Below are positions 9,390 to 18,127 of a stretch of DNA of 64,000 bases, piece after piece. How positions within the stretch are numbered: position 1 is the stretch's first letter; each line of letters begins with the position of its first letter. Origin of the DNA: Methanoregula sp. GTDB taxonomy: Archaea > Halobacteriota > Methanomicrobia > Methanomicrobiales > Methanospirillaceae. The position numbers were made by a program, and so were the translations under genes. The notes beneath the pieces are model-generated. The model worked only from the letters and a program-made list of their open reading frames with translations. It ran no database searches and was not told the DNA's origin. Location of the stretch: the NCBI RefSeq assembly GCF_049518935.1, contig NZ_JBEKRH010000008.1, forward strand, positions 271-64,270, written 5' to 3'.

Positions 9390-10229
9390 TCAGCGGATCT
9401 TTTTGAGGGCTTCTTCAGCAGCCAGATGGATGGTGCTGTTGCTGTCCGAGAGACGTTTCAGGAGTGGTGTTGAGGCCCGTGCATCTCCAATCTCACCAAG
9501 GGCCCATATTGCATACCCGGCAAGATCCCTGTCGGATTCCATAAGCCGGATGAGCGGATCTACAGATTCACGGGCCCGGATTGCACCGAGAATGAGAATC
9601 ACGGAACCGACCAGCGGCCGGTGGGTATCGTCAAGTGCCTCTACAAGCGCGGTTACGGCCGGTGTACCGAGACTGATAAGGGCATCATATGCTGCAGATC
9701 GCACCTGCCATTGATCGTTTTCAAGGGTGCTTATCAGGAGAGGGAAGCACGCCGGATCACCGGTATCTGCCAGCCCCCTGACTGCCTCAAGCCTGGTGGC
9801 AGGCCGGTCGGATCCGAAATCGTCAGCCCACTGAGTCCTTTGATCTTCAGATACGGTACTTTTCCGGCGTACCGATGAAACGGCAGCCGGGGCAGGGTCC
9901 TGTTCCGGCCGTGCATCCGTGGTGGAGAGCCCGAGTGCTGCCGACCAGGTATCCACTGCCCACTGCGCTGCCTCGTCAGAGAATCCCAGTTCATCCTGGA
10001 GACGTTTTACCAGGAATCCCTTAAAAAGCGGGAACGGCAGCGAATGGCGCGGGGAGAGAAGATCGGCCGGTACCTGCTGGCGGACGGCATTGACGAGAAC
10101 AAAGATCTCCCGGTTGCAATGCGTGCAGGTATCCCGGAGCAGTCCTTCGCACCGGAGGGGATCATACGCCAGGGAAGTACCGTACCGTGTGACAAGCGAT
10201 GTGAGAATCCGGGCCGGCTCGTTGTTCAT
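9390..10229 (-). CDS. HEAT-repeat (PBS-lyase type) protein with an uncharacterised ~100-aa N-terminal domain
   Basis: C-terminal half: ...RLEAVRGLADTGDPACFPLLISTLENDQWQVRSAAYDALISLGTPAVTALVEALDD...SVDPLIRLMESDRDLAGYAIWALGEIGDARASTPLLKRL.... The N-terminal ...DPLRCEGLLRDTCTHCNREIFVLVNAVRQQVPADLL... I could not place in a family. The ATG overlaps the kinase stop (ATGA). Confidence 0.8.
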   Translation of the reverse strand: MNNEPARILTSLVTRYGTSLAYDPLRCEGLLRDTCTHCNREIFVLVNAVRQQVPADLLSPRHSLPFPLFKGFLVKRLQDELGFSDEAAQWAVDTWSAALGLSTTDARPEQDPAPAAVSSVRRKSTVSEDQRTQWADDFGSDRPATRLEAVRGLADTGDPACFPLLISTLENDQWQVRSAAYDALISLGTPAVTALVEALDDTHRPLVGSVILILGAIRARESVDPLIRLMESDRDLAGYAIWALGEIGDARASTPLLKRLSDSNSTIHLAAEEALKKIR

Positions 10230-11584
10230 GGTGTCACTCCTGGTTCGGGGGCAAGTATCGTGAGCTCAATTCCCTCAATACGTATGGTCGTTCCGGGATG
10301 TAACGGAACAGCACGATCAGGAGGGACTTTTGTGGATCTTCCATCAGGGAACGTAATATTCCAGGATTCTTTTGACAGGTTACGGATACCGGCTGCGCCG
10401 GCAATGGACGGGTGTGGGACAACCTTTCCCACGACTTCCGCCCCGTCATCCAGGGGTGTGGCAGAGGAGATGTGACGTTTTCGCAGGGTTGTCCCGAGCG
10501 AAAGGAGTAGCGGAATATTCCCGGATGGGCGTCGGATACTGAGGACCGGGGGCGGAGTAATTGCAGCATTGCAGTGCCAGCAGGAACCGATCCTGCCGTT
10601 TTGCCCGGCAAAGTTTTCGGCCCTGCACCGCGGGCAGCAGGCAATGCGGTCCTTGATCCGGGAGAAGAGGCCCTGCCATTCACCCTCGGTCACGCGGCGG
10701 TCCGGGTCGCGGAGGCCATCCGAAAATGCGCGGGTGAATGTGTCCCGGAGCTCCCCGGGGCACCATGCCCATCGCTCGCGTGCGATCGCATAGTCGGGAT
10801 CCTGCGGGAGCGTGTTGGAAAAGTCCAGCCGGTCAAATACAAAGACCGGGGTCTCGCCATACACTTTCTTCTTGGCCGGGATGTCCCAGCAGTGGAAACG
10901 GTACTCCATCTCGCCATGGAAGGGATGGTGCCAGACCCAGAGGTAGAAGAGGAGAATTGCAAGGGAATGCAGATCTGTCTGGGTGGAGGGATCGGCTGTC
11001 CCGCGGATGATCTCCGGTGCCATGTACTCCATCGTACCCCAGACCTGGCAGCGCGACTGGCGGTTCACGCCGACATTATCGTTGTCGCAGATCAGGATAT
11101 CGCCGGTTACGGGATCGAACATCAGGTTCCCTGCCGAGATGTCCCGGTAGCAGTGGCCCGAGAGGTGGAGGGCCCGGTAACTGTTGGCAAGCTGGTAGGA
11201 GATTTCGCATAAGGCAGAGAAGTTGGGCACCGGTTTGAGATGGGCCCAGACTTCGCCGAGCTCGGCAAACCGCTTTGTGTCGATCCGCTGCATCAGGTAC
11301 CCGAAATGGCCCGATGGTCCCGAGGTCACGAGGTCAAGAGGCCAGATAAACCGTTTCCCGGCAGCACCGAACGGCGGGCCGGTCCGGACCAGATAGAGGA
11401 TCGCGGTCCGCTGTTCCGGTGTTGCCTGTTCAGGTTTGTACCATTTGACCGCCTGGTACCCGTCCGGTCCTTCCACGAGATAGACCTCTCCCTGGGTGCC
11501 TTCGCCCAGTTTTTTGATCACGTGAAGTTCTGCACCGGATAACTCTGCCTTTACCCGCTGGCCAATTGAAAGAGGCATCACCAC
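10226..11584 (-). CDS. Ser/Thr protein kinase with a C-terminal zinc ribbon and an FHA-like domain
   Basis: Gly-loop LGEGTQGEVY, AVKWY lysine, HCYRDISAGNLMF catalytic loop, ICDNDNVG in place of DFG, and GTMEYMAPE. These are followed by CCPRCRAEN...SCWHCNAAI and a beta-rich tail. Confidence 0.9.
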   Translation of the reverse strand: MVMPLSIGQRVKAELSGAELHVIKKLGEGTQGEVYLVEGPDGYQAVKWYKPEQATPEQRTAILYLVRTGPPFGAAGKRFIWPLDLVTSGPSGHFGYLMQRIDTKRFAELGEVWAHLKPVPNFSALCEISYQLANSYRALHLSGHCYRDISAGNLMFDPVTGDILICDNDNVGVNRQSRCQVWGTMEYMAPEIIRGTADPSTQTDLHSLAILLFYLWVWHHPFHGEMEYRFHCWDIPAKKKVYGETPVFVFDRLDFSNTLPQDPDYAIARERWAWCPGELRDTFTRAFSDGLRDPDRRVTEGEWQGLFSRIKDRIACCPRCRAENFAGQNGRIGSCWHCNAAITPPPVLSIRRPSGNIPLLLSLGTTLRKRHISSATPLDDGAEVVGKVVPHPSIAGAAGIRNLSKESWNITFPDGRSTKVPPDRAVPLHPGTTIRIEGIELTILAPEPGVTP

Positions 11585-12525
11585 ACCCCCGAGAGCGTAC
11601 CCTGCTGTGGCGGTGCGGTCTGCCGGTCAACCTCATCTTCCCGGGAAGAATCCGGCTCACAATTTTCTTCTGACGGGTTGATGCAGACAAATACCATAGT
11701 CATATCATCGCCGCTGGCGAGTTCTGAGTACCGGTCAAGCCACCCGTTGAGGGAACCTGCCACGTTCTCGATCCCGAATTCCCTGATACGCGCAGCAAGG
11801 CTTGTTATGAATTTTTTAAACTCTTCTCTTTCCGATCCATCAAAGGAATCCGAGATTCCGTCCGTTGCTGCAATGAGGATGCCCCCGGCTCCACGGTCCA
11901 GCGTTGCCGTACGCCAGAGCAGGTGGGCGTCCCGGGACGAGAGGGACCGGGTCTCCGCACCCATGAGGGTGGTATCGGCAGGGATCGGGATATCGAGAGT
12001 CCCGTCCGGGCGGACAAGGATCACGTCCCCGTCACCAATCTGCCCGATAAGGATCGTGTCTGCAAGGACCATGGAGGAAATCAGCGTAGTGCCGTACCGG
12101 GAAAAATCCCCGGAGCCACTGCCCTCCTGCGGTAAAATTTCGATCTTACGACGCACTGCATCCCCGAGCACTGCTTCGCGCCAGCGGCGGGTTGTACGGC
12201 GGGGAAAATCGGCCCGGAATTCCGAGCGGAGGACCACCCGGGAACCGGTTTCCCCGTGGATACGGTGGAATGAGACCAGTTCATCAATCGCTGCCTGAAC
12301 GGCAAGGGCAGCCCCCGCCCGGCTCCTGTCGTGGCGGGAGTCTCCATGACCGTCTGCTATAGCTGCCGCAATGCAGGGGATTGCACCGGAGGCTCCGCTC
12401 CAGAGGGCGAATGCATCTTCGCAGGGCCTGCCGGAGCGGAGATGAGAGGCACCGGTCCGGCTGGAGCCGAATGCCCAGCCAAGGCCGGCATCACCGGAAC
12501 AGAGGAATTGTCGTGAGGGGTGCAT
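11578..12525 (-). CDS. PP2C-family protein phosphatase
   Basis: ...GWAFGSSRTGASHLRSGRPCEDAF..., AIADGHGDSRHDRSRAGA and IAATDGISDSF are the metal-binding Asp motifs of PP2C-like phosphatases. Confidence 0.85.
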   Translation of the reverse strand: MHPSRQFLCSGDAGLGWAFGSSRTGASHLRSGRPCEDAFALWSGASGAIPCIAAAIADGHGDSRHDRSRAGAALAVQAAIDELVSFHRIHGETGSRVVLRSEFRADFPRRTTRRWREAVLGDAVRRKIEILPQEGSGSGDFSRYGTTLISSMVLADTILIGQIGDGDVILVRPDGTLDIPIPADTTLMGAETRSLSSRDAHLLWRTATLDRGAGGILIAATDGISDSFDGSEREEFKKFITSLAARIREFGIENVAGSLNGWLDRYSELASGDDMTMVFVCINPSEENCEPDSSREDEVDRQTAPPQQGTLSGVW

Positions 12526-12534
12526 GCGACAGGA

Positions 12535-13173
12535 CTAGAACAGGTCGGTGTTGGACGTGATCATAGGCGGCGGGGAGTCGAGCGTGACATTGGAGGTATC
12601 TTCCGTGATACCGGTACTGCGGCTCCTGCCCCGCGAGGAGGCGACCGAGGCCGAAACCGAGGCCCACTTAATGTAGGAGACGAGCTCTTCCGGCGAATGG
12701 GCCTTTAAGAGCCCGATCGCGTCCTGGTTCACGAATTTCAGGAGTTCGGGCTCGTTGTAATCTGATTCATCGCCGATCGCAATCGCGAGCCGGACTGCCT
12801 TTACGCCCCAGGGTATCTTTGCCAGTTCAGCGATTGAATTGTCATATTCTTCGCGGGGATCCGTGCAGAACCCATCGGAGACGAGGATGCAGACCGGGGG
12901 AAGTCCGCGCCGGGGCATCCGTTCGATCGAGAGCTCCCCCTCCAGCAGCTTCAGGGCTTTAGCCGTAGCGGTAAGACCGGAAGTCTCGAGTTCCGGCCAG
13001 GTAAACTGTTCGATCGGGACCGGGGCCGGACCCACATGCCATGCAGCTTCATCTGAGAACTTGATCGCCCGCATGAAGATCTCGACCTGCGGGTACGCAG
13101 CCACGGCCTTCTGGACTTCCGGTATTGCTTCCCGTATTGCCTGATTTAAGGTTGCTATCTTCTTGCCCCGCAT
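12535..13173 (-). CDS. vWA domain protein of the YegL/TerY type (COG4245-like); the true 5' end lies upstream of 13173
   Basis: ...KKIATLNQAIREAIPEVQKAV..., ...PPVCILVSDGFCTD.... The same frame stays open up to 13367 and encodes ...VVRKKLHFFWIADCSDSM, the DxSxS MIDAS motif, before the first ATG. Confidence 0.85.
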   Translation of the reverse strand: MRGKKIATLNQAIREAIPEVQKAVAAYPQVEIFMRAIKFSDEAAWHVGPAPVPIEQFTWPELETSGLTATAKALKLLEGELSIERMPRRGLPPVCILVSDGFCTDPREEYDNSIAELAKIPWGVKAVRLAIAIGDESDYNEPELLKFVNQDAIGLLKAHSPEELVSYIKWASVSASVASSRGRSRSTGITEDTSNVTLDSPPPMITSNTDLF

Positions 13174-13501
13174 GGAATCTGAGCAGTCGGCAATCCAGAA
13201 AAAGTGGAGTTTCTTACGGACAACCTGTCCATCCGGAATCGGGACGGTATCTTCTATGGTATAACCCCCTGCCTTACCATTGAATCTGGCAGATAACCAT
13301 ATAAGGTCACCGTTTTCCGGGCCAACCGGCGTGAAAAACCCGGCCGGTTCGGGAATTTAAAAAAAATGCGTTTTGAAAAAGAAAGGAAACCGGGAAAAAT
13401 CCGTTTGTTCTTTCCGGAGCATCTCGTCGATCCCCTTTAAAGTGCCGCACGCCGGGAGACCGGCAGGGCCATTGCATCGGCCCGCCGGATTCTCGTGAAG
13501 C

Positions 13502-14887
13502 CTAGACCTTCTTGAGGGCCTGCACGAGCTTCCCTACTGTCTCCTGCGCGTCACCATAGAGCAGGCGTGTGTTATCCCGGTAGAACAGGTCGTTCTCTAT
13601 TCCCGCGAAGCCCTTCCCCTGGCCACGCTTGAGGACGATGACGTTCTTCGCCTGCTCGACATCGAGGATAGGCATACCGAAGAGCGGGCTGCCCTGCCGA
13701 TGCGCCGCCGGGTTGACGACGTCGTTTGCACCGATGACGAGGACGACGTCAGTGCCTGGGAACTCCGGGTTCACTTCATCCCGGTCGAAGAGGTGGTCGT
13801 AGTTGATCCCGGCTTCGGCCAAGAGGACGTTCATGTGCCCGGGCATCCGCCCGGCGACCGGGTGGATCGCGAACTTCACCTGGATGTTCTTGCTCTCGAG
13901 CATGTCGGTCAGCTCCTTGACCTTCTGCTGGGCCTGGGCGACCGCCATTCCGTAACCGGGAGCGATGATTACTTTGTTCGCATAGGCAAGCATAACCGCG
14001 ACGTCATCAGCTTCGATCGACTTCATGCTGCCCTGGATCTCTACCCCTCTCTCTTCTGTCGCGCCGAACGCACCAAAGAAGACGTTCGAGATCGAGCGGT
14101 TCATCGCCTTTGCCATATTGAGCGTGAGCAGCGAACCCGCAGCGCCGACTATGATGCCAGCGATGACCATCGCGTAGTTGGGGGTAGCAAACGAGAACCC
14201 GTCGAGCGCGACGGCAAGGCCGGTGAAGGCGTTGTACATCGAGATCACGACGGGCATATCCGCCCCGCCGATCGGGAGCGTCATGAGAAGCCCGAAGCCG
14301 AGCGAGAGGACAAAGAACAGCGGAAGGTATATGGCAACTGTGAGCGGGATCCATGTTGGCTGCAGGACGACGAGTACGCCGGACACGATAGCGAGGGCCA
14401 GGAACGCGGTGTTTACGATCTGCTGGCCCGGGAAGGTGATCGGCCGCGGCCGCATCCAGCCCTGGAGTTTCAGGAACGCGATGATGCTCCCCGCAAACGA
14501 AACGGCCCCGATGAGGCCGCCGACGACCGCAAGGGAACCGGAGGTGGCGTTTGTCGTGCCAAGGAGCGCAACTGCCGAGATCCCGGCCGCTGCGCCGCCG
14601 CCCATCCCATTGTAGAGCGCAATCATCTGGGGCATGTCGGTCATCCCGACGCGCTTTGCGGCGATGTAGCCGAAGCCCCCGCCGATAACGATCGCGATCG
14701 CCATAAGGGCGAAGTTGGTGAGGCCCGGAGTAAGGAACGTGACGAGAGTTGCGATCAGCATCGCGGTGCCGGCCCAGACAATCCCGCTCCGGGCGGTGAG
14801 TGGGTGGCTCATCCGCTGGAGGCCGACGATGAAGAAGAAGATCGTAGCGATGTAGACCGGGTCGATTGCCCAGGAGAGGTCGATCAT
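13502..14887 (-). CDS. pntB: NAD(P) transhydrogenase subunit beta
   Basis: ...YNGMGGGAAAG..., ...HPVAGRMPGHMNVLLAEA..., ...VIGANDVVNP..., ...GMPILDVEQAKNVIVLKRG.... I prefer ATG 14887 (MIDLSWAIDP...), 1 nt after the pntAB stop, over GTG 14917. Confidence 0.95.
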   Translation of the reverse strand: MIDLSWAIDPVYIATIFFFIVGLQRMSHPLTARSGIVWAGTAMLIATLVTFLTPGLTNFALMAIAIVIGGGFGYIAAKRVGMTDMPQMIALYNGMGGGAAAGISAVALLGTTNATSGSLAVVGGLIGAVSFAGSIIAFLKLQGWMRPRPITFPGQQIVNTAFLALAIVSGVLVVLQPTWIPLTVAIYLPLFFVLSLGFGLLMTLPIGGADMPVVISMYNAFTGLAVALDGFSFATPNYAMVIAGIIVGAAGSLLTLNMAKAMNRSISNVFFGAFGATEERGVEIQGSMKSIEADDVAVMLAYANKVIIAPGYGMAVAQAQQKVKELTDMLESKNIQVKFAIHPVAGRMPGHMNVLLAEAGINYDHLFDRDEVNPEFPGTDVVLVIGANDVVNPAAHRQGSPLFGMPILDVEQAKNVIVLKRGQGKGFAGIENDLFYRDNTRLLYGDAQETVGKLVQALKKV

Positions 14888-14888
14888 T

Positions 14889-15200
14889 TCAGGCCCCCTT
14901 TCCGGGCTTCTTCCCACTGCGGTCGAACATCTGGAGGATCCGCTCCGTGACCACGTAGCCGCCAGTGACGTTCGCTGCTCCGAGAATGACCGCTACAAAA
15001 CCGATGGCCTGCTCAAGGGGCGTCGTCGCGAGGCCGAGCGCGACCATGGCGCCGACAAGCACGATCCCGTGGATGAAGTTCGAGCCGCTCATCAGTGGTG
15101 TATGGAGGATAACGGGGACCCGGCTGATGACGACGTAGCCGGTGAACGCGGCGAGCATTGCGATGTAGACTGCGGTCCAGAGGGTGGTTATGTCGGTCAT
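14889..15200 (-). CDS. pntAB: NAD(P) transhydrogenase subunit alpha part 2 (membrane domain)
   Basis: 103 aa, three TM helices, ...SRVPVILHTPLMSGSNFIHGIVLVGAMVALG.... Confidence 0.9.
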   Translation of the reverse strand: MTDITTLWTAVYIAMLAAFTGYVVISRVPVILHTPLMSGSNFIHGIVLVGAMVALGLATTPLEQAIGFVAVILGAANVTGGYVVTERILQMFDRSGKKPGKGA

Positions 15201-16339
15201 GGTTTTCCTCCTATCAGGAGGTCACGTGTTGGCCCGTGGCGCACCTCTCCTGCGTGGACGAGAAGGCTCGCAACGAGGATCTCGTCTGTGAACTCTTTTA
15301 TGAGCGCCCCGTCTTTGTCGACGAGGAGCACGAGAAACGACTGGAGGTTCTTTGCGTACATCTGGCTCGAATGGAATGGCACGCGGGCCGGGAGGTTCTG
15401 CGGGCCTATGATCGTGACGCCGTGTTCCCGTACGGTCTTGCCATACCGGGTCAGCTCACAGTTGCCGCCCGATTCTGCGGCCAGGTCGACGATGACGGCA
15501 CCCGGACGCATCATCGCGACGGTCTCCTTGGTGACAAGGAGCGGGGCTCTCCGGCCGGGGATGGCTGCGGTCGTGATGACAATGTCTGCCCGCGCAACCG
15601 CGGTGGAGACCATCTGCTGCTCCTGTGCCTTCTCTTCGGGCGTGAGCTCGCGGGCGTAGCCGCCCTGGCCTTCAGCATTAATTTCAAGTTCGAGGAACTT
15701 TGCGCCGAGGCTCCTGACCTGCTCGCCAGCTGCACGCCGGACGTCATAGGCCTCGACAATGGCGCCGAGCCGTTTTGCCGTCGCGATCGCCATAAGACCG
15801 GCAACGCCGGCACCCAGGATGAGCACTGTTGCTGGTCGTATCGTGCCCGCGGCCGTCGTCAGCATCGGGAGGAACTTCGGGCAGTTATCGGCACCCAGGA
15901 TTGCTGCCGTGTACCCGGCAGCCGTAGCCTGGGAACTGAGTGCATCCATGCTCTGAGCACGGGTGATCCGCGGGACAAGCTCGAGGGCGAAGGCAGTGAC
16001 ATTACGGTCGCGCATCCGGGCGATGGCTTCGAGGTTTGTTGTCGCGTTCATGAACCCGATGACGATCGTGCCCTCGGCGAGCTGGTCGACTTCGGCGACG
16101 GTCGGGGGCTGGACGCGCAGCACGATCCTGGCACCGTTCAACAGGTCGGTCCGGCTGGATGCAATTATTGCACCGGCGGCTGTGAAGAGATCGTCGGGAT
16201 AGTACGCACTTGTCCCTGCATCGTGCTCGATCCGGACTTCGTAACCCGACTTCGTGAGCTTCTGGACGACCTCCGGTACAGTCGCCACGCGCTGTTCCCC
16301 TGGGGCCAGTTCCTTTGGAACGGCGATAACGATTGGCAT
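15197..16339 (-). CDS. pntAA: NAD(P) transhydrogenase subunit alpha part 1 (alanine-dehydrogenase-like dI domain)
   Basis: MPIVIAVPKELAPGEQRVATVPEVVQKLTKSGYEVRIE... and the Rossmann motif VLILGAGVAGLMAIATAKRLGA. By comparison with the PntA N-terminus, ATG 16339 is preferred over the ORF-track start at 16417. Confidence 0.93.
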   Translation of the reverse strand: MPIVIAVPKELAPGEQRVATVPEVVQKLTKSGYEVRIEHDAGTSAYYPDDLFTAAGAIIASSRTDLLNGARIVLRVQPPTVAEVDQLAEGTIVIGFMNATTNLEAIARMRDRNVTAFALELVPRITRAQSMDALSSQATAAGYTAAILGADNCPKFLPMLTTAAGTIRPATVLILGAGVAGLMAIATAKRLGAIVEAYDVRRAAGEQVRSLGAKFLELEINAEGQGGYARELTPEEKAQEQQMVSTAVARADIVITTAAIPGRRAPLLVTKETVAMMRPGAVIVDLAAESGGNCELTRYGKTVREHGVTIIGPQNLPARVPFHSSQMYAKNLQSFLVLLVDKDGALIKEFTDEILVASLLVHAGEVRHGPTRDLLIGGKP

Positions 16340-16495
16340 AACTTTCGGGCCCTTCGAACCGGCCGGGATTATACCCTTTACTTCCTGTGCAATGACGGGG
16401 GTGCTCACAGTTCCCACCTCCCCGGTTCGGCTTTTTCGATACGGAACAACCTTTTCACTCCATGGATGATCTGCAATGTATCGTACTTGTTGAAC

Positions 16496-18127
16496 CTACA
16501 CCTTTTTTATCTTACGCACCCTGACGGCCACCCCGCGCTTCGATCGGGGGATATCTTCAGAGGGCAGCGCAGCCCGGCCGGTGCCGAGCGCACGCGCTCC
16601 GACAACGAGCACCTCATCGCCGTCCCGTATATCGGGATCGGTTTTTGTCACACCCGGCACCAGCACATCACCTTCCGGTATGAAATCGTCGATCCAGACC
16701 CGGTACCCTTCCGGTATCATCTTCCATCCATCGAATGTCGGGCGGAGCATGCCCGTTCCTGTGTCGATAGAAAAGAGCTGCGTATTTCCTTTGCTGTAAA
16801 AGAGCTCAGGGTAATGACCGCGCAGCGTGGTCCCTTTGGTGTCAACATCCACGTTGAACTGGTAGGAGATCATGCCATGGAGCCGGTCATCTTTTATCTT
16901 CCGTTCGCCCGCAAGCGAATCATCGAGAGCATTCAGTGATGCCGGGCTTACCGGGTTCCCGGTGCAGGAATATTCGAGTGTGATACCGCAGGCTTCGGCT
17001 GCCTGCCGGGCCACCTTCAGGGCTCCGCCTTCGAGATGGGCGATTATCCGCCGGTACTGGTGGCGCCGGAAGTAGCGTTCGAGTACCCCGGCAATGATCG
17101 CGCATTCTTCTGCATCCCAGTAACCGGTGACCGGAACATCGTAATGGCCGGCCGGGTAGATGGTCTCCAGTTCCCGCGGGACAAGACCAAGCGGGGAGGT
17201 AACGATCAGTTCGTGGGCCCGGCTCCCGACAGCCATCTGGAATTTACGGTGGCTCTGGGAGAGGGAGTACGGTTTCCGTGCCGAACAGGGAAGGAGCACT
17301 GCCACATCGCAGCGGGGCGGGATATACCGGCCCACAACCCGATCCGCAAATCTCCGCACTTCCACGCGCTGCATGGACTCGCCGGAGTTCGCCCGCATGA
17401 TGCCGTTCCTTGCTATCGGCTGCTGCACTTCCATGAAAGCATACTTGTTGTCAAGATGGCGCATGATTGCTACCTGGGGTGCATCCATCCGGCACCGGGA
17501 CTCGACCAGTTCACGGAGCTGCGCCTGTTCGATAAACCGGGTGACAAGGGCAATCTCCTGCCGGAGTGCCTGCCGGTTGTGCTCTTTGAGATTACCATCA
17601 CGGCACCCTGCACAACCACACATGCCGGTCGCCATCACCTCCTTGGGGAAATCGCCTTCCGGCGTGCAGAACCGGCCCTGCGCGGTCATGAGATCCACGG
17701 CAACGTAATCGAACAGGTCAAACCCGGAATAGCAGAGGATTGCAGCTGTTGACGGGAGGGCAGCGGCAGGAGCATACCATGCCGTGTCGGCTGGTGTCTT
17801 CTCCTTGAGTTCAACCAGCCAGTCCACGTAGTTCCTGGGATTAGCATAAGCCGTATGCCATCCGGCAACCATTACGCAGTCACCGCTCTGTGCGGAATTA
17901 TCGAGCCGTGGATGGATGGTAATCGGCTGACCGGTATTTGCCGGGGGAAACTGCAGCACGAGAGCTGCGGGTGCAGACAGGGGAATGTTGGTATATTTTT
18001 CTTCCCGGAGTGCGGGGAAAAGTTCTTCGCAATCGGCGGACGCAGGTAATTTCAGTGTTGTCGCTCCGTTCTCGAAAAGACCGGTACGGGCAAGGCCGTC
18101 CCGCTTCCGTATGTTATAGCGGGGCAT
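16496..18127 (-). CDS. arcS: archaeosine synthase (ArcS/TgtA2-like) with a C-terminal PUA domain
   Basis: The tail ...[55 protein letters not shown] is PUA-like, and the Cys-rich central region is typical of ArcS. ATG 18127 ([16 protein letters not shown]...) overlaps the tgtA stop by 14 nt. Confidence 0.85.
   Translation of the reverse strand: MPRYNIRKRDGLARTGLFENGATTLKLPASADCEELFPALREEKYTNIPLSAPAALVLQFPPANTGQPITIHPRLDNSAQSGDCVMVAGWHTAYANPRNYVDWLVELKEKTPADTAWYAPAAALPSTAAILCYSGFDLFDYVAVDLMTAQGRFCTPEGDFPKEVMATGMCGCAGCRDGNLKEHNRQALRQEIALVTRFIEQAQLRELVESRCRMDAPQVAIMRHLDNKYAFMEVQQPIARNGIMRANSGESMQRVEVRRFADRVVGRYIPPRCDVAVLLPCSARKPYSLSQSHRKFQMAVGSRAHELIVTSPLGLVPRELETIYPAGHYDVPVTGYWDAEECAIIAGVLERYFRRHQYRRIIAHLEGGALKVARQAAEACGITLEYSCTGNPVSPASLNALDDSLAGERKIKDDRLHGMISYQFNVDVDTKGTTLRGHYPELFYSKGNTQLFSIDTGTGMLRPTFDGWKMIPEGYRVWIDDFIPEGDVLVPGVTKTDPDIRDGDEVLVVGARALGTGRAALPSEDIPRSKRGVAVRVRKIKKV

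Noticed and set aside
15158-16939. 593-aa plus-strand ORF. Similar long shadow ORFs occur at 13700-14950 (+), 3991-4959 (-), 44064-44993 (-), 50853-52082 (-), 17036-17752 (+) and 10574-11212 (+).
   Set aside because: All lie antisense to genes with unmistakable family signatures (pnt, ppk, ilvD, dnaJ, arcS, kinase). Long antisense ORFs are expected in GC-rich coding DNA.
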